From the NCBI GenBank assembly GCA_965228735.1, contig OZ245838.1, forward strand, positions 2,464,001-2,528,000: a stretch of 64,000 nt of DNA, read 5' to 3'. Each line of letters begins with the position of its first letter. Position 1 is the stretch's first letter. Source of the DNA: Planctomycetota bacterium (lineage in GTDB: Bacteria; Planctomycetota; UBA1135; UBA2386). Below, piece by piece: positions 10,678 through 21,082 of this stretch. A model generated the notes under the pieces. It was not told the DNA's origin. It ran no database searches and worked only from the letters and a program-made list of their open reading frames with translations. The position numbers and the translations under genes are program-made.

Positions 10678-13200
10678 ATGGTGAGACGCACGTGCATCGG
10701 CGTGGCCGTATGGGCCGCGGCCGTCTGTCCCTCGATCGTCACGAGTTCGTTGTCGGCGCAATGCGGGCACACCTGGCAACCCGCCGGATCGACCGCGGGC
10801 CCCAACGGCCCGGTCACGGCAGTCGGTTCGTGGGACCCCGACGGCGCCGGCCCCGCTGCCGCGCGGCTCGTGATCGGCGGCGGCTTCACGACGGTCGGGA
10901 GCACCGTCGCCCACGGGGTCGCGGCGTGGGATCCGGTCACCGCGACCTGGTCGGCGTTCGGTGCCGGCGTCACGGGCGGGGTCCGCGCGTTCCTCGGCCT
11001 GCCCAACGGCGAGCTCGTCGTGGCTGGGAGCATCGACGCGGCAGGCGGCCAGCCGGTCGCCAACATCGCGCGCTGGGATGGCGCGACGTGGTCGCCGCTC
11101 GGCACCGGGGTCACCGGCGGCAACACCACGGCGATCGAGTCCCTGACCCTGCTGCCGAACGGCGACCTGATCGCCGGCGGCCGGTTCTCGAACGCCGGTG
11201 GCACGAGCGCGGCGAACATCGCGCGCTGGGACGGTTCGGCCTGGTCGGCGCTCGGCACCGGCCTGGGCTTCGTCACCGCGGTCGCCACGCTCACGAACGG
11301 CGAACTCGTCGCCGGCGGCTTCTTCGGCGCCAACCGTTGGACCGGCTCGTCGTGGTCCTCGTTGGGTTCGTTCACCGGCGGCGCCGGCATCGTGCCGAGC
11401 GTGAACGCGCTGACCGCGATGCCGACCGGCGAGCTCGTCGCCGCGGGCGGCTTCGACCGCATCAACGGCGCCCTCGTCGGCAGCGTTGCGCGCTGGAACG
11501 GCGCGGCCTGGTCGGCACTCGGCACGACCGGCGATCAGGCCGAGACGCTCGCCCGGATGCCCGGTGGTCAACTCGTGGCGGCCTTTCGCGACGTGTCGGT
11601 GGTCTGGCCGACGTTCTATCTGCGGCACTGGGACGGTTCCGCCTGGCAGACGATCGCAAGCGGCGCGGGAACGATCGCGCCAGCGATCACCGCGGTCGGC
11701 AGCGAGCTGTGGTCGGGTGGCGACTTCGACACGATCGGGGGCGCCGCGAGCCGGTACCTCGCGCGTTGGAACGGCAGTGTCTGGTCCGGCTTCAGCGGCG
11801 GCATGACGCCGGGCAGCTACGTGGCTGCGGCGACGACCTTGACCGACGGCAGCGTCGTCGTGGGCGGCGTGTTCCCGTCGATCGGGAACGTGTCCGTGCA
11901 GAACGTCGCGCGCTGGGACGGCACGACCTGGTCGGCCCTCGGCAGCGGCGCGGTCTCGGTGCGCGCGCTCGCCGAGCTGCCCGGCGGCGACGTCGTCGCG
12001 GCGGGCACGTTCTACTTCGGCGGGCAGCAGCACGAACTCGCGCGCTTCGACGGGGCATCCTGGACAGCGATTCCCGCGCAGACCAACGGCGACGTGCTCG
12101 CGGTCTCGGCCCTGCCGAACGGTGACCTCGTCGTCGGCGGCAGGTTCTCGTCGATCAACGGCGTCGCGGCCAACCTCGTGGCGCGCTGGGACGGCGTGGC
12201 CTGGCACCCGCTCGGTGACGGGCTCGGCATCACGATCTTCGAGGTCGCTGCGCTGGCCGTGCTGGCGAACGGCGACCTCGTCGCCGGCGGCACGTTCCTG
12301 CAGTCCGGCGGCGCGAGCGTGCAGTTCACCGCGCGGTGGGACGGCGCCTCGTGGACGCAGCTCGGAGCCAGCACCGACGGGCGCGTCTCGTGCCTGCTCG
12401 CGCGCCGCGACGGCCGCCTCGTCGCCGGCGGCGATTTCGGCACGGCCGGCGGCAGTCCGGCGAGCAACATCGCCCAATGGGACGGCTCGGCCTGGTCGCC
12501 GCTCGGCGCGGGCATGGGTCCCGGACCGTTCATGTCGCACGTGCATGCCCTGTGTGAACTGCAGAACGGCGACGTGGTCGCGGTCGGCGACTTCACGACC
12601 GCCGGCGGCGTCGCGGCGAACAACATCGCGCGCTGGGACGGGACGTCCTGGTCGCCGTTGGGCGCAGGCACCGACCGCCGCACGCTCGCCGTCGCGGAAG
12701 TCGCCGGTGACCACATCCTCGTCGGCGGGACGTTCACGACCGCGGGCGGCCTCGCAGCCACTGCAGCCGCCTTCGTGATTCCCGACTGCCCCGCAACCGC
12801 CGTCCCGTCCGGCGCCGGCTGCAACGCGGGCGCCGGCCCCATGGTGCTCGCGGCGGACACGCTGCCGTGGCTCGGCGGCACGTTCCGCGCGACGACGGCC
12901 GGCCTCGTCCCGGGCTCGCTCGCGTACGGCGTGCTCGGCTTCACGTCACCCGGCTACGCGCTGTCGACGATCCACCCCACCGGCGGCAGCGGGTGCTACC
13001 AGCTCGCGGGCGCGGACGCCGTCCTGCTGCTCGTGCCGACGGGCACCACGGCCTCGAGCCGCTTCACGCTGCCCCGCGACCCGGCCTTCGCCGGCATCGT
13101 CCTGCACCACCAGGTCATCCAGATCGAGTTCACGGCGAACTTCGCGCTCACCGGGATCACGAGCTCGAACGGCCTCGTGCTGACGACGGGCACCTGGTAG
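10678..13200 (+). CDS. Secreted multi-blade beta-propeller ((I/V)ARWDGxxWSxLGxG repeats) with the shared CTD
   Basis: AGGAG 8 nt before ATG 10678; signal peptide ending LSA-QC; about a dozen LPNGDLVAGGxF...ARWDG repeats; CTD GAGC...PWLG...SGC...HQ...SSNGLVLTTGTW. Confidence 0.85.
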   Translation: MVRRTCIGVAVWAAAVCPSIVTSSLSAQCGHTWQPAGSTAGPNGPVTAVGSWDPDGAGPAAARLVIGGGFTTVGSTVAHGVAAWDPVTATWSAFGAGVTGGVRAFLGLPNGELVVAGSIDAAGGQPVANIARWDGATWSPLGTGVTGGNTTAIESLTLLPNGDLIAGGRFSNAGGTSAANIARWDGSAWSALGTGLGFVTAVATLTNGELVAGGFFGANRWTGSSWSSLGSFTGGAGIVPSVNALTAMPTGELVAAGGFDRINGALVGSVARWNGAAWSALGTTGDQAETLARMPGGQLVAAFRDVSVVWPTFYLRHWDGSAWQTIASGAGTIAPAITAVGSELWSGGDFDTIGGAASRYLARWNGSVWSGFSGGMTPGSYVAAATTLTDGSVVVGGVFPSIGNVSVQNVARWDGTTWSALGSGAVSVRALAELPGGDVVAAGTFYFGGQQHELARFDGASWTAIPAQTNGDVLAVSALPNGDLVVGGRFSSINGVAANLVARWDGVAWHPLGDGLGITIFEVAALAVLANGDLVAGGTFLQSGGASVQFTARWDGASWTQLGASTDGRVSCLLARRDGRLVAGGDFGTAGGSPASNIAQWDGSAWSPLGAGMGPGPFMSHVHALCELQNGDVVAVGDFTTAGGVAANNIARWDGTSWSPLGAGTDRRTLAVAEVAGDHILVGGTFTTAGGLAATAAAFVIPDCPATAVPSGAGCNAGAGPMVLAADTLPWLGGTFRATTAGLVPGSLAYGVLGFTSPGYALSTIHPTGGSGCYQLAGADAVLLLVPTGTTASSRFTLPRDPAFAGIVLHHQVIQIEFTANFALTGITSSNGLVLTTGTW

Positions 13201-13570
13201 GGCCGTCGCCTCGGGAACGACGCTGCGAGCCCCGCGAGCCCGTCGTCTCGATGCGATACGGCCCGGAGCGAACTTTCGGCATACGCAGTCCGGCGTATCG
13301 CACTGACGAACTACAGCGCAGGGCTCCTCGCCTCGACGCGCGGCCTGTCGGCTGCCACAGCGGTTCGCGATCGCGGTATGAAGCGCCATCGCGCTCGCGC
13401 CAACGGCGTCAGCGGCGCACGGCGCCCGACGATCCTGCCCGTTTCGCCGCGCTCCACCCCTGCCGCTCTGCCGGCCCAGCCGCGCCCCGGGCGGACCCCG
13501 TCCGGATCCGGGAACGCCGCTGCTCAGAACGGGACTCAGCGCGCCCCGCGAGAATGTCGACAACCGCTGC

Positions 13571-13987
13571 ATGCGAGTAGCCGACGTCATGACCACGAAG
13601 CCGCGGACGATCCGCCGCGACAAGCGGATGCAGGCAGTTCACACCATCATGGACTTCGGCTCGTTCCGACACGTGCCGGTCGTGGACGAGAACGGCTACC
13701 TCGTCGGCATCGTCAGTCAGACGGACCTGCTCGCGGCATCGGCCTCGACGATGGAGCCCGCGACGCCGCGCGCGCAGCGCGACCTGCTGCTCGGCTTCGT
13801 GCCCGTCGAGAAGGTGATGCAGCAGGACGTCGTCACCGCGCAACCCGACATGGGCGTCGTCGAGGCCGCCCAGCTCATGCGCGAGAAGCGCATCAACTGC
13901 CTGCCGGTGATCGAGGGCGCCCACGTGGTCGGCATCGTCACGGCGTTCGATCTGCTCGGCGCGATCGCGGCGGTCGGCCTGAGCTGA
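13571..13987 (+). CDS. CBS-domain pair protein
   Basis: VADVMT.KP, RHVPVVDENGYLVGIVSQTDLL, VEKVMQQDVVT, INCLPVIEGAHVVGIVTAFDLL. Confidence 0.92.
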   Translation: MRVADVMTTKPRTIRRDKRMQAVHTIMDFGSFRHVPVVDENGYLVGIVSQTDLLAASASTMEPATPRAQRDLLLGFVPVEKVMQQDVVTAQPDMGVVEAAQLMREKRINCLPVIEGAHVVGIVTAFDLLGAIAAVGLS

Positions 13988-14041
13988 GCCCGCCCCGCGA
14001 CCGACCGCGACCAGCAGGCGCCCTCGACGGTTGCGCCTCTC

Positions 14042-16096
14042 TCAATCGCCAACCCGCACGCGCAGCCCCGCCGACACGGCGAGACCGAGATACGGGCCGC
14101 CGGCCTGCGGGCCCGCGGCCTGCACGAACACGTCGACGCCACGCAGCCACGGCGCGGCGGGCAGCGGCAGCCCGATCGACGCGATGCCCGCCCCGTTGGC
14201 CTGGACCACCGCGGCCGTCAACGGGTTCCTGAGGTGCAGGTCGCAACCGTTGCCGAGCGGCGTGGTCATGGTGCTGGTGTCGACGGCGAACAACACGAGC
14301 CCGCTCAGACCGTCGGTATGGATCTGATGCGCGGCGTTGCCGATGCGCGGAAAGCCGCCGCTGTAGAGCGCCGGCGCGGGCGCACCGCAGCCAGTGCCGA
14401 CCGTCGCGTTGCCGGCCGGCGTCGCGGTGAAGGCGTGCATCTCGCTGCCGTCGAACGCGATCACGTTGCCGCGCAGCGGGTCGTTCGCGAGCCCGACCAG
14501 GTGCATCGGGTGCGCTGGTTGCGCGACCCACGTCGTGTTGACGAGTTCATGGGTCTGCGACACTCCGCCCGACGAACCCGTCAGCAGCACGTTGCCCGCC
14601 GGGGTGAACCCGAGCCCCCGGGCCCAGAACGCGTACGGCCCTCCCGTCGGCGGCAGCAGGGCGATCGACGCCCAGGCCCCGTTCCAGCGCCAGACCTGGC
14701 CCCCGGCCACGACCGCCGGATCCTGCTGCAGGCTGCTCGCGCCGAGAGCCGGGCCGGGTGGAGGCTGGGTCTGGAGCCCCGGCGAGAGGTCGGTCCAGGC
14801 CCCGTTCTGCCATTGCCACGTATCCGCCAACCCCGCGTTGGCAGCGTCGAGCCCGCCGAACAGGATGACCGACGCCGAGCCTGCATGCATGACGAGCGCG
14901 TGCTGAGAACGGGCCGGTGGCGCGCTGCCGCCCTGCTGCGTCCACTGCGCGCCGTCGAACGTCCAGGTGTCCCCGAGGACCTGATTCGATCCCGCCACCC
15001 CACCGAACATCACGAGCGCGCCCTGGCTGATGTCGTTGGCGACCGCCGCCCCGCTGCGCGAGCCGGGTCCACCGGCCGCGATCCGCGCCCACGTGTTGCC
15101 GTCCCACCCGTACGTGTACGGCTCCGCGTAGGACACGAGCTGATTGCGAATGACGTCGTGCACGGTCATCGTCGCGGCCTTGGGTTCGATCGCGAGATCG
15201 CTCCAGCCCGCGCCCGCACGCACGAAATCACGGTCGCCACCGAAGCGATCGAGCAACATCAGCGCCGCGCGCGTGCGATCCAGAACGAGCACCGGGTCGC
15301 TGCCCACCGGCTGGGCCGGGCCGACCGCCGGCGTCCAGTCGACGCCGTTCCAGTGCCAGCCGTCCTGCAACGCCCCAGCGGGTCCGCGCCCGCCGAACAT
15401 GAGCACCTGCCCGACCGCCGGATCGAACGCCATCGCCGACGACTCACGCGGTCCAGGGGAGTTGGCCGGGCTGCGCAGGCTCCAGGTCGTGCCATCCCAT
15501 TCGTGGGTCTCGGCGAGCCCCGTACCCGGGTTGGCGGCGAACGCGACCAATCTGCCACGGACGGGATCGGGGGCCGTCATTGCGCCGACGTGGCGAGGCC
15601 GCACGTCGGCCGCGAGCGCCGTCCACGCCGTCCCGCTCCAGAGGTAGTCCTGCGTCGTGGTCCCGACGACCGGCTGCGTCAACGCCACGACGCCGCCGAG
15701 CGCCGGATCGAAGCAGACATCCACCAACGGAGCGGCCAGGCCCGCGGTGACGGTGGTGGTCCAGGTCGCACCGTCCCACTCGGCGACGCCGATCGCCGCG
15801 GGGACGAAGCTGGTGATGCCGAGAACGACCGTTCGACCGCGCGCCGTATCGCCGGCGATGTCGTAGACGCCGAGGATCGTCGGCGGCACGGTCGTGACCT
15901 CGCGCCACGTCGAGCCGTTCCAGGCCAGGAGCCGATCGTCGGCGAGCACCAGCGGCCCGCCATCGGGTGCCGCGGCCGGGAAGACCGGCGCGTTCGACGA
16001 CGGTCGCTGCGTCCGGTCGACCCAGTTCTGGGCGGAGGCGCCGGACGCCGGGCCCGAGCCGACCATGAGAGCGATGAGGATCCCGACACGAGACAT
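14042..16096 (-). CDS. Secreted Kelch-like propeller protein with the shared CTD
   Basis: Signal peptide ending ASA-QNW; MFGG...DTWTFDGAQW repeats; CTD GTGC...PRIG...NGC...VQAA...SAGLRVRVGD. Confidence 0.85.
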   Translation of the reverse strand: MSRVGILIALMVGSGPASGASAQNWVDRTQRPSSNAPVFPAAAPDGGPLVLADDRLLAWNGSTWREVTTVPPTILGVYDIAGDTARGRTVVLGITSFVPAAIGVAEWDGATWTTTVTAGLAAPLVDVCFDPALGGVVALTQPVVGTTTQDYLWSGTAWTALAADVRPRHVGAMTAPDPVRGRLVAFAANPGTGLAETHEWDGTTWSLRSPANSPGPRESSAMAFDPAVGQVLMFGGRGPAGALQDGWHWNGVDWTPAVGPAQPVGSDPVLVLDRTRAALMLLDRFGGDRDFVRAGAGWSDLAIEPKAATMTVHDVIRNQLVSYAEPYTYGWDGNTWARIAAGGPGSRSGAAVANDISQGALVMFGGVAGSNQVLGDTWTFDGAQWTQQGGSAPPARSQHALVMHAGSASVILFGGLDAANAGLADTWQWQNGAWTDLSPGLQTQPPPGPALGASSLQQDPAVVAGGQVWRWNGAWASIALLPPTGGPYAFWARGLGFTPAGNVLLTGSSGGVSQTHELVNTTWVAQPAHPMHLVGLANDPLRGNVIAFDGSEMHAFTATPAGNATVGTGCGAPAPALYSGGFPRIGNAAHQIHTDGLSGLVLFAVDTSTMTTPLGNGCDLHLRNPLTAAVVQANGAGIASIGLPLPAAPWLRGVDVFVQAAGPQAGGPYLGLAVSAGLRVRVGD

Positions 16097-16202
16097 GCCG
16101 GGACATAGTTGTGCGACACTGCCCGGTAACCCGCGCAACCGCGGCCGAAGATCCCCGCCTCATGGGTCTCCGGCCGGAACCCCGTGCCGGTGGCGGCGAG
16201 GT

Positions 16203-18818
16203 TCAGTTGCCGATCCTGAGCTGCAGGCCGTTGGTCGCCGTCCGCCCGAAGCCGTTGGCCGCGAGGTCGCCGGGGAAGAGCTGCAGGTAGGTGCTCATGC
16301 CGAGCAGCGCCGTGTTCGCCGCGATCGGCAGCTGGCCCGTGTAGACGCCGTTCGAGTCGGCGAAGCCGTCGCGGACGAGATCGGGGCGGACGCGCAGGAA
16401 GCAGCCCGGCGCCTGGAACAACCCGAGGTCGGCCGGCAGCGCGTTGCCGAACCACGACGTGTTCGACTGGCCCTGCACGAGCCACACCGGCCGATCCGGG
16501 ACCAGGTTCGTGCCCGTGATCGTCACCGTGCTGCCGAGGCGCGGCGGCGTCGCCATCAGCGCGGGCGTGCCGTTGCTGCCCGCACACCCGGTGCCGAAGC
16601 TGAACACGCCCGGTTCGTGGATCGCCGTCGTCCACATCCCGCGGCCGTGGGTGCCGACGAGCAGCTTCATCGAGCCGTGCAGGAACGTGATGTCGTAGCA
16701 CGCGACGTCCGCCGGGCCGTCGTTCGACGACGACCAGGTCGCGCCGGCGTCCGAACTGCCGAACACGCCGACCTCGGTCGCGACGTAGACGAAGTCGAGC
16801 AGCAGCGGGTGCTGCGCGATGCCATAGACCGGCGCATCGGGCAGCTGTTCGGCGCCGGCACCCGTTCGGATCGACCAGCTCTGACCGTTGTTGTCGCTGT
16901 AGCGCAGGTTGCCGGCCGTGTAGCCGCCGAACGCGACCCAGGCCTTCGTCGGGTCCGCGCGATCGAGCAGGATGCGAGTGACCTGCTTGTTCGGCAGCAC
17001 GTTCAGCGAACCGTTGTTCTCGACGGTGACCCAGTTCGGCGATGGCGTGGTCGCGTTCGTCGTGCGGTAGATGCGACCGTCGTTGTAGCCGACCCACACC
17101 GTATCGACGTCGTTCGGCGCGACCGCGATCGCGCTGATGTTCGAGCCGATCGGCCCGCGAATCGAGGCCCAGATCGGCAGGATCGACTGTGGGTTGGCGC
17201 ATCGCCAGAGCGAACAGCCCCCCGCGTAGAGGTAGCTCGGGTCGTCCGTGGAGAGCACGAGCGGCGCGATGAAGTTGGTGCACCCGTTGAGGAAGTCGGT
17301 CAGCCCGGCCGTGATCTGGGTCACCGACTGCCCACCGTCGAGCGTGCGATGGAGGCGCATGTTCTGGGCCTCGCCGTAGATCACGTCGGGGTCGTTCGGG
17401 TCGATCTGCGACACGCCGCCGTCGTTGCCGAAGTAGATGTCCGCGCTGTTGCCGGTGGCGCTGTCGATCAGGTGGCTGCCGTTGTCCTGCGTGCCGCCGA
17501 CGATGCGCCCCGACGGGCCGTGACCCGACACGCCGTAGTACTGGACCGTGCGAAAGCCGGCATCGCGCCGTTGCCACCCCGAGCCGATCGTGACGTTGCG
17601 GATGTCGGTCGTCTGCCAGACGCCGCCGTCGGTGCACACGTAGAACGTGCGGTTGCTGACCCCGTCGTAGCCCGGATGCTCGACGAAGCGATGCACGTCG
17701 GAGTGCGGGTGCGCCGTGTTGATGCCCCCGCTGCCGATCTCCGTGAACGTCTGCCCGCCGTTCGAGCTGCGCCACAGCCGCACGTTGCCGACCACGACCC
17801 AGTTGGAGTTGGTCGGATCGACCCAGATCGCGTTGCAGTACCACGGGAACGAGTCGCCGTTGATCGGCGCCGTCGTGCGCTGCACCCAGCTCTGCCCCCC
17901 GTCGTCGCTGCGCCAGCACTGGAAACCCGCGATCACCGCGTACAACCGGCCGGACACGGACGGGGCGTAGGCGATCTCGATGCGCGTGCCCGGCGAGAAC
18001 CCGCCGGTCGCGTTCTGCCAGGTCAGGCCGGCATCGTCCGACCACGCGATGCCGTGCGGTGATGCGCCGCTCCCGCCGCCGCCCCAGTGCGCGACGCACC
18101 GGCTCGCGTCATTGGGATCGATCAGCACCTGCAGGCTCGAGCCCGGCCGCACGGTCGTCCAGCTCGCGCCGCCGTTCGCCGTGCGGCGGATGCCGCCGGC
18201 CGTGGATACGAGCATCACGTTCGGGTTCGCGTGCGAGACCGCGATGCGGTTGACGTTGCCGAACGCGATCGTCGTCGGCATCTGCGCCCACGTGTTGCCG
18301 GCGTTGGTCGACTTGAAGATCCCCGCGCCGAAGATCGCGTCGCCGTTGCCGTAACCCTCACCCGTCCCGGCGTAGATCACGTCGGGATTGCCGGGTTCGA
18401 ACGCGAGACAGGAGATCGCGAGGTTGCCCATGAAGTCGTCGAGCGGGAACCAGGTCTGCCCCGAGTTGTTCGACCGCCAGACGCCACCGCCGACCGAGCC
18501 GGCGTAGAGTCGCGAGGTCTGGGTCGGATGCACGAGCAACGTGCGGGACCGTCCGCCGATGTTGTCGGGCCCGTGCTCCGTCCACCCGAGGTTGCCGATG
18601 CCGCCACCGTCGGTCATTGCCGCGAAGTCGACGTTCACCTGGCGCTGCGCCAGCGCGTTCCGGCGGCCGTTCGGGTCGATGTTGCCGCGCTCGTCGCGCA
18701 TGCGCGCCAGACGGTACTCGAGCGCCTGCTCGGCCCCGCTCGGGCCGGGCTCGGCGGGCTGCGGCAGAGACTCGCAGCCGCAAAGCGCGAGCAGAGAGAT
18801 CCATACGATTCGATTCAT
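16203..18818 (-). CDS. Predicted lipoprotein, BNR/Asp-box (GH74/VPS10-like) propeller with the shared CTD
   Basis: MNRIVWISLLALCG-C lipobox-like start; GPDNIGGRSR, YAGSVGGGVWRSNNSGQTW, IYAGTGE, GGTQDNG, VGTHGRGMW; many SxDxGxTW boxes; CTD FGTGC...PGC...TNGLQLRIGN. Confidence 0.85.
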   Translation of the reverse strand: MNRIVWISLLALCGCESLPQPAEPGPSGAEQALEYRLARMRDERGNIDPNGRRNALAQRQVNVDFAAMTDGGGIGNLGWTEHGPDNIGGRSRTLLVHPTQTSRLYAGSVGGGVWRSNNSGQTWFPLDDFMGNLAISCLAFEPGNPDVIYAGTGEGYGNGDAIFGAGIFKSTNAGNTWAQMPTTIAFGNVNRIAVSHANPNVMLVSTAGGIRRTANGGASWTTVRPGSSLQVLIDPNDASRCVAHWGGGGSGASPHGIAWSDDAGLTWQNATGGFSPGTRIEIAYAPSVSGRLYAVIAGFQCWRSDDGGQSWVQRTTAPINGDSFPWYCNAIWVDPTNSNWVVVGNVRLWRSSNGGQTFTEIGSGGINTAHPHSDVHRFVEHPGYDGVSNRTFYVCTDGGVWQTTDIRNVTIGSGWQRRDAGFRTVQYYGVSGHGPSGRIVGGTQDNGSHLIDSATGNSADIYFGNDGGVSQIDPNDPDVIYGEAQNMRLHRTLDGGQSVTQITAGLTDFLNGCTNFIAPLVLSTDDPSYLYAGGCSLWRCANPQSILPIWASIRGPIGSNISAIAVAPNDVDTVWVGYNDGRIYRTTNATTPSPNWVTVENNGSLNVLPNKQVTRILLDRADPTKAWVAFGGYTAGNLRYSDNNGQSWSIRTGAGAEQLPDAPVYGIAQHPLLLDFVYVATEVGVFGSSDAGATWSSSNDGPADVACYDITFLHGSMKLLVGTHGRGMWTTAIHEPGVFSFGTGCAGSNGTPALMATPPRLGSTVTITGTNLVPDRPVWLVQGQSNTSWFGNALPADLGLFQAPGCFLRVRPDLVRDGFADSNGVYTGQLPIAANTALLGMSTYLQLFPGDLAANGFGRTATNGLQLRIGN

Positions 18819-18823
18819 GACGA

Positions 18824-21082
18824 TCAGAAGTCGAGGTCGAGACCCAGCCGGCGGGTGAACGAGATGTCGGGCGCGAGCGCGCACGGCGAGACCCCGGGTG
18901 TCAGCACGGCCCACTGCACCTCGAACACCGCGCCGACGAACGGCGCGACGCTGCACGGCAGACTCCACGGGTAGCGCGCCGTGCCATTGATCGCAGGCAC
19001 GAAGACGCTCGCCACCGGATTCACGACCGAGCAGGCCGCGCAGCTCTGCGGCGGCCCCGGGAACGCGAACATGAGGATCGGCACCGCGCCGGCTGGCGCC
19101 CCCGCGAGCTCGATCCCAAACCGCGTGTTGCCGACCGCGTAGGGTCCGCCGCTCGGCGCGATCGCACCCGGCGTGCCGCACGGCGAACCACCGTAGGTGA
19201 AGGCGCCACCACCGAGCGCCTCGTAGCGCTGCGCGATGATGCTGCCTTCGAACGGCGGCGCGTCGTCAGCTTCGTGGAACACGATCAGCGCGCGGTCGCT
19301 GGCCGTCGCGCCGCCGCCGAACTCGCTCGCGATCGCCGGCGCGGACTCCACGTTGCGCAGCACGGTCGAGTTGACGCCGGTCAGCACGATCGGCTGACCG
19401 CACGGCGAACAGTCGAACGCGAGCTCGTGGCCGCGTACGTCGTAGTTGCTGGCACCCGGAAACACCTGATGACCGTGCAGCACGACGAACTTGTCGCGGC
19501 AGAACCCGACCGCAGGGTCGCGCGAGTCGAGCCCGGCGACGTTCTGCAGCGCGGTCTCGGCCGAGCTGTTGGCCAGCGTCATCGTGGCCGCGGTCCAACG
19601 CAGCGCCCGACACCAGACATCGCGTTCCCCGGCTGGCGCGGCGACCTCGCCCCGTTCGTAGGCGACGACGAACTGCGTGCCGTCACCGTCGACCGCGCAG
19701 CTCCCGAGGGATCCGCTGCCGAGCGGCGCGTTCACGACCACGACCCCGCTGCCGGCCAGGGAGCCGGCGGTGCTGCAGACGCGCGCTGCCAGCTGCGTCG
19801 CGCCGATCACCCCCTGGCGATAGCAGACCAGGTGATAGCGGTCCGACCCCGTGCGCGAGATCGCCGGCGCGCTCGCCAACGCGCTCGCCGTCACGACCGC
19901 AGTGTTGCCGACCTGCGGCGCGGCGCCGGGGGACGCGAGCGCGACGCGGGCCAGCCGGATGCCCTGACCGACGAGGTGGTAGACGACGAGCGCCGACGAC
20001 CCGGTAGCCGAGCGGTTGCCCGCGACTCCCGGATCGAGCGCCTCGCCGAACAGGTTTGGGATCAGGCTGACCGGGCTCGACACCGCGCCGTTCGACGCAT
20101 CGACCGAGCAACAGAAGATCGCCCACGGACTGAACGGCGAGGCCGCCTGCTGCCACGCGACGACGAACGAGTCGCGGTTGGCGATGTTGGCGATCGACGG
20201 CCCTTTGACCTGGACGGTGCCGCTCGTCACGACGACGAAGCCGCCGACCAGCGCGCCGCTGCCGTCGATGCGCTGGCCCCGCAGCGCCATCGACACCGCC
20301 GAGAACACGCGGCGATACACCACGAGGTAGACGTCGTTGGTCGCGTCGTAGGCGACGTCCGGCTCGCTGTCGTTCCATGAGTTGGAGCTCGCGAGCAGCT
20401 GGGTGCCGATCAGCGGATCGAGGACGAGCGGGTAGCTCGCCTCGTCGACGAACGCGGCCGGCAGCCGCATCTCGAGCACACCCTCGTCGAAACGGAGCTC
20501 GCCCGCGACGCGGCGACCGCTGGCATCGATGCCGGTGACGCCGCCGATCGTGACCCCGCCGACACCGTCGAGGCTCGCCACGAGCCCGTTCGGCCCGAGC
20601 TCCACGTTCGGCAGCGAGGTCGTCAGCCGATAGCGCACCACGAGGTCGCCGCCGCCGGGCACGGGTGCCTCGAACCGCCAGCTCAGCGCGACACCCTCCG
20701 GCGTCGCGGCGAAGCGCTCGACGGCGCTATCGCCGCGATCACATTCGATCGTCGTGCCCGTCACGCGCGGCGTCGCCGGCGCAGCGCGGCGCGTGACCGA
20801 ACGACCGAAGTCGAGGATGTCGAGGCGCAGTTGCTCGGTGCGATCGGCCGCAGCACCGAGCGCCGGCACGAACGTCAGGCCGGTCGCGTCGACGGTCGCG
20901 CGGTAGTCCCAGCCTGCAGCCTGGACACCCGCACCATCGGTCGCGGGCGCCACCGTCACGGCTTCGCGCAACGCCATGACCGGGGTTGCGTTCGCATCCG
21001 GCAGCGTCTGCGCGACGACGGTCGACGCGAGGCTCGACAGGCAGGCTGCGGCGACCAGAGTGCTCGTTCGAAGGCGGTTCAT
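18824..21082 (-). CDS. Secreted protein: shared N-terminal domain, beta-repeat core and the shared CTD
   Basis: Signal peptide ending VVA-Q; FVPALG...GGDLVVR...YPLVLDPLIG; PDVAYD...YLVVY repeats; divergent CTD (GSPC, AAC, EVQW). Confidence 0.8.
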   Translation of the reverse strand: MNRLRTSTLVAAACLSSLASTVVAQTLPDANATPVMALREAVTVAPATDGAGVQAAGWDYRATVDATGLTFVPALGAAADRTEQLRLDILDFGRSVTRRAAPATPRVTGTTIECDRGDSAVERFAATPEGVALSWRFEAPVPGGGDLVVRYRLTTSLPNVELGPNGLVASLDGVGGVTIGGVTGIDASGRRVAGELRFDEGVLEMRLPAAFVDEASYPLVLDPLIGTQLLASSNSWNDSEPDVAYDATNDVYLVVYRRVFSAVSMALRGQRIDGSGALVGGFVVVTSGTVQVKGPSIANIANRDSFVVAWQQAASPFSPWAIFCCSVDASNGAVSSPVSLIPNLFGEALDPGVAGNRSATGSSALVVYHLVGQGIRLARVALASPGAAPQVGNTAVVTASALASAPAISRTGSDRYHLVCYRQGVIGATQLAARVCSTAGSLAGSGVVVVNAPLGSGSLGSCAVDGDGTQFVVAYERGEVAAPAGERDVWCRALRWTAATMTLANSSAETALQNVAGLDSRDPAVGFCRDKFVVLHGHQVFPGASNYDVRGHELAFDCSPCGQPIVLTGVNSTVLRNVESAPAIASEFGGGATASDRALIVFHEADDAPPFEGSIIAQRYEALGGGAFTYGGSPCGTPGAIAPSGGPYAVGNTRFGIELAGAPAGAVPILMFAFPGPPQSCAACSVVNPVASVFVPAINGTARYPWSLPCSVAPFVGAVFEVQWAVLTPGVSPCALAPDISFTRRLGLDLDF

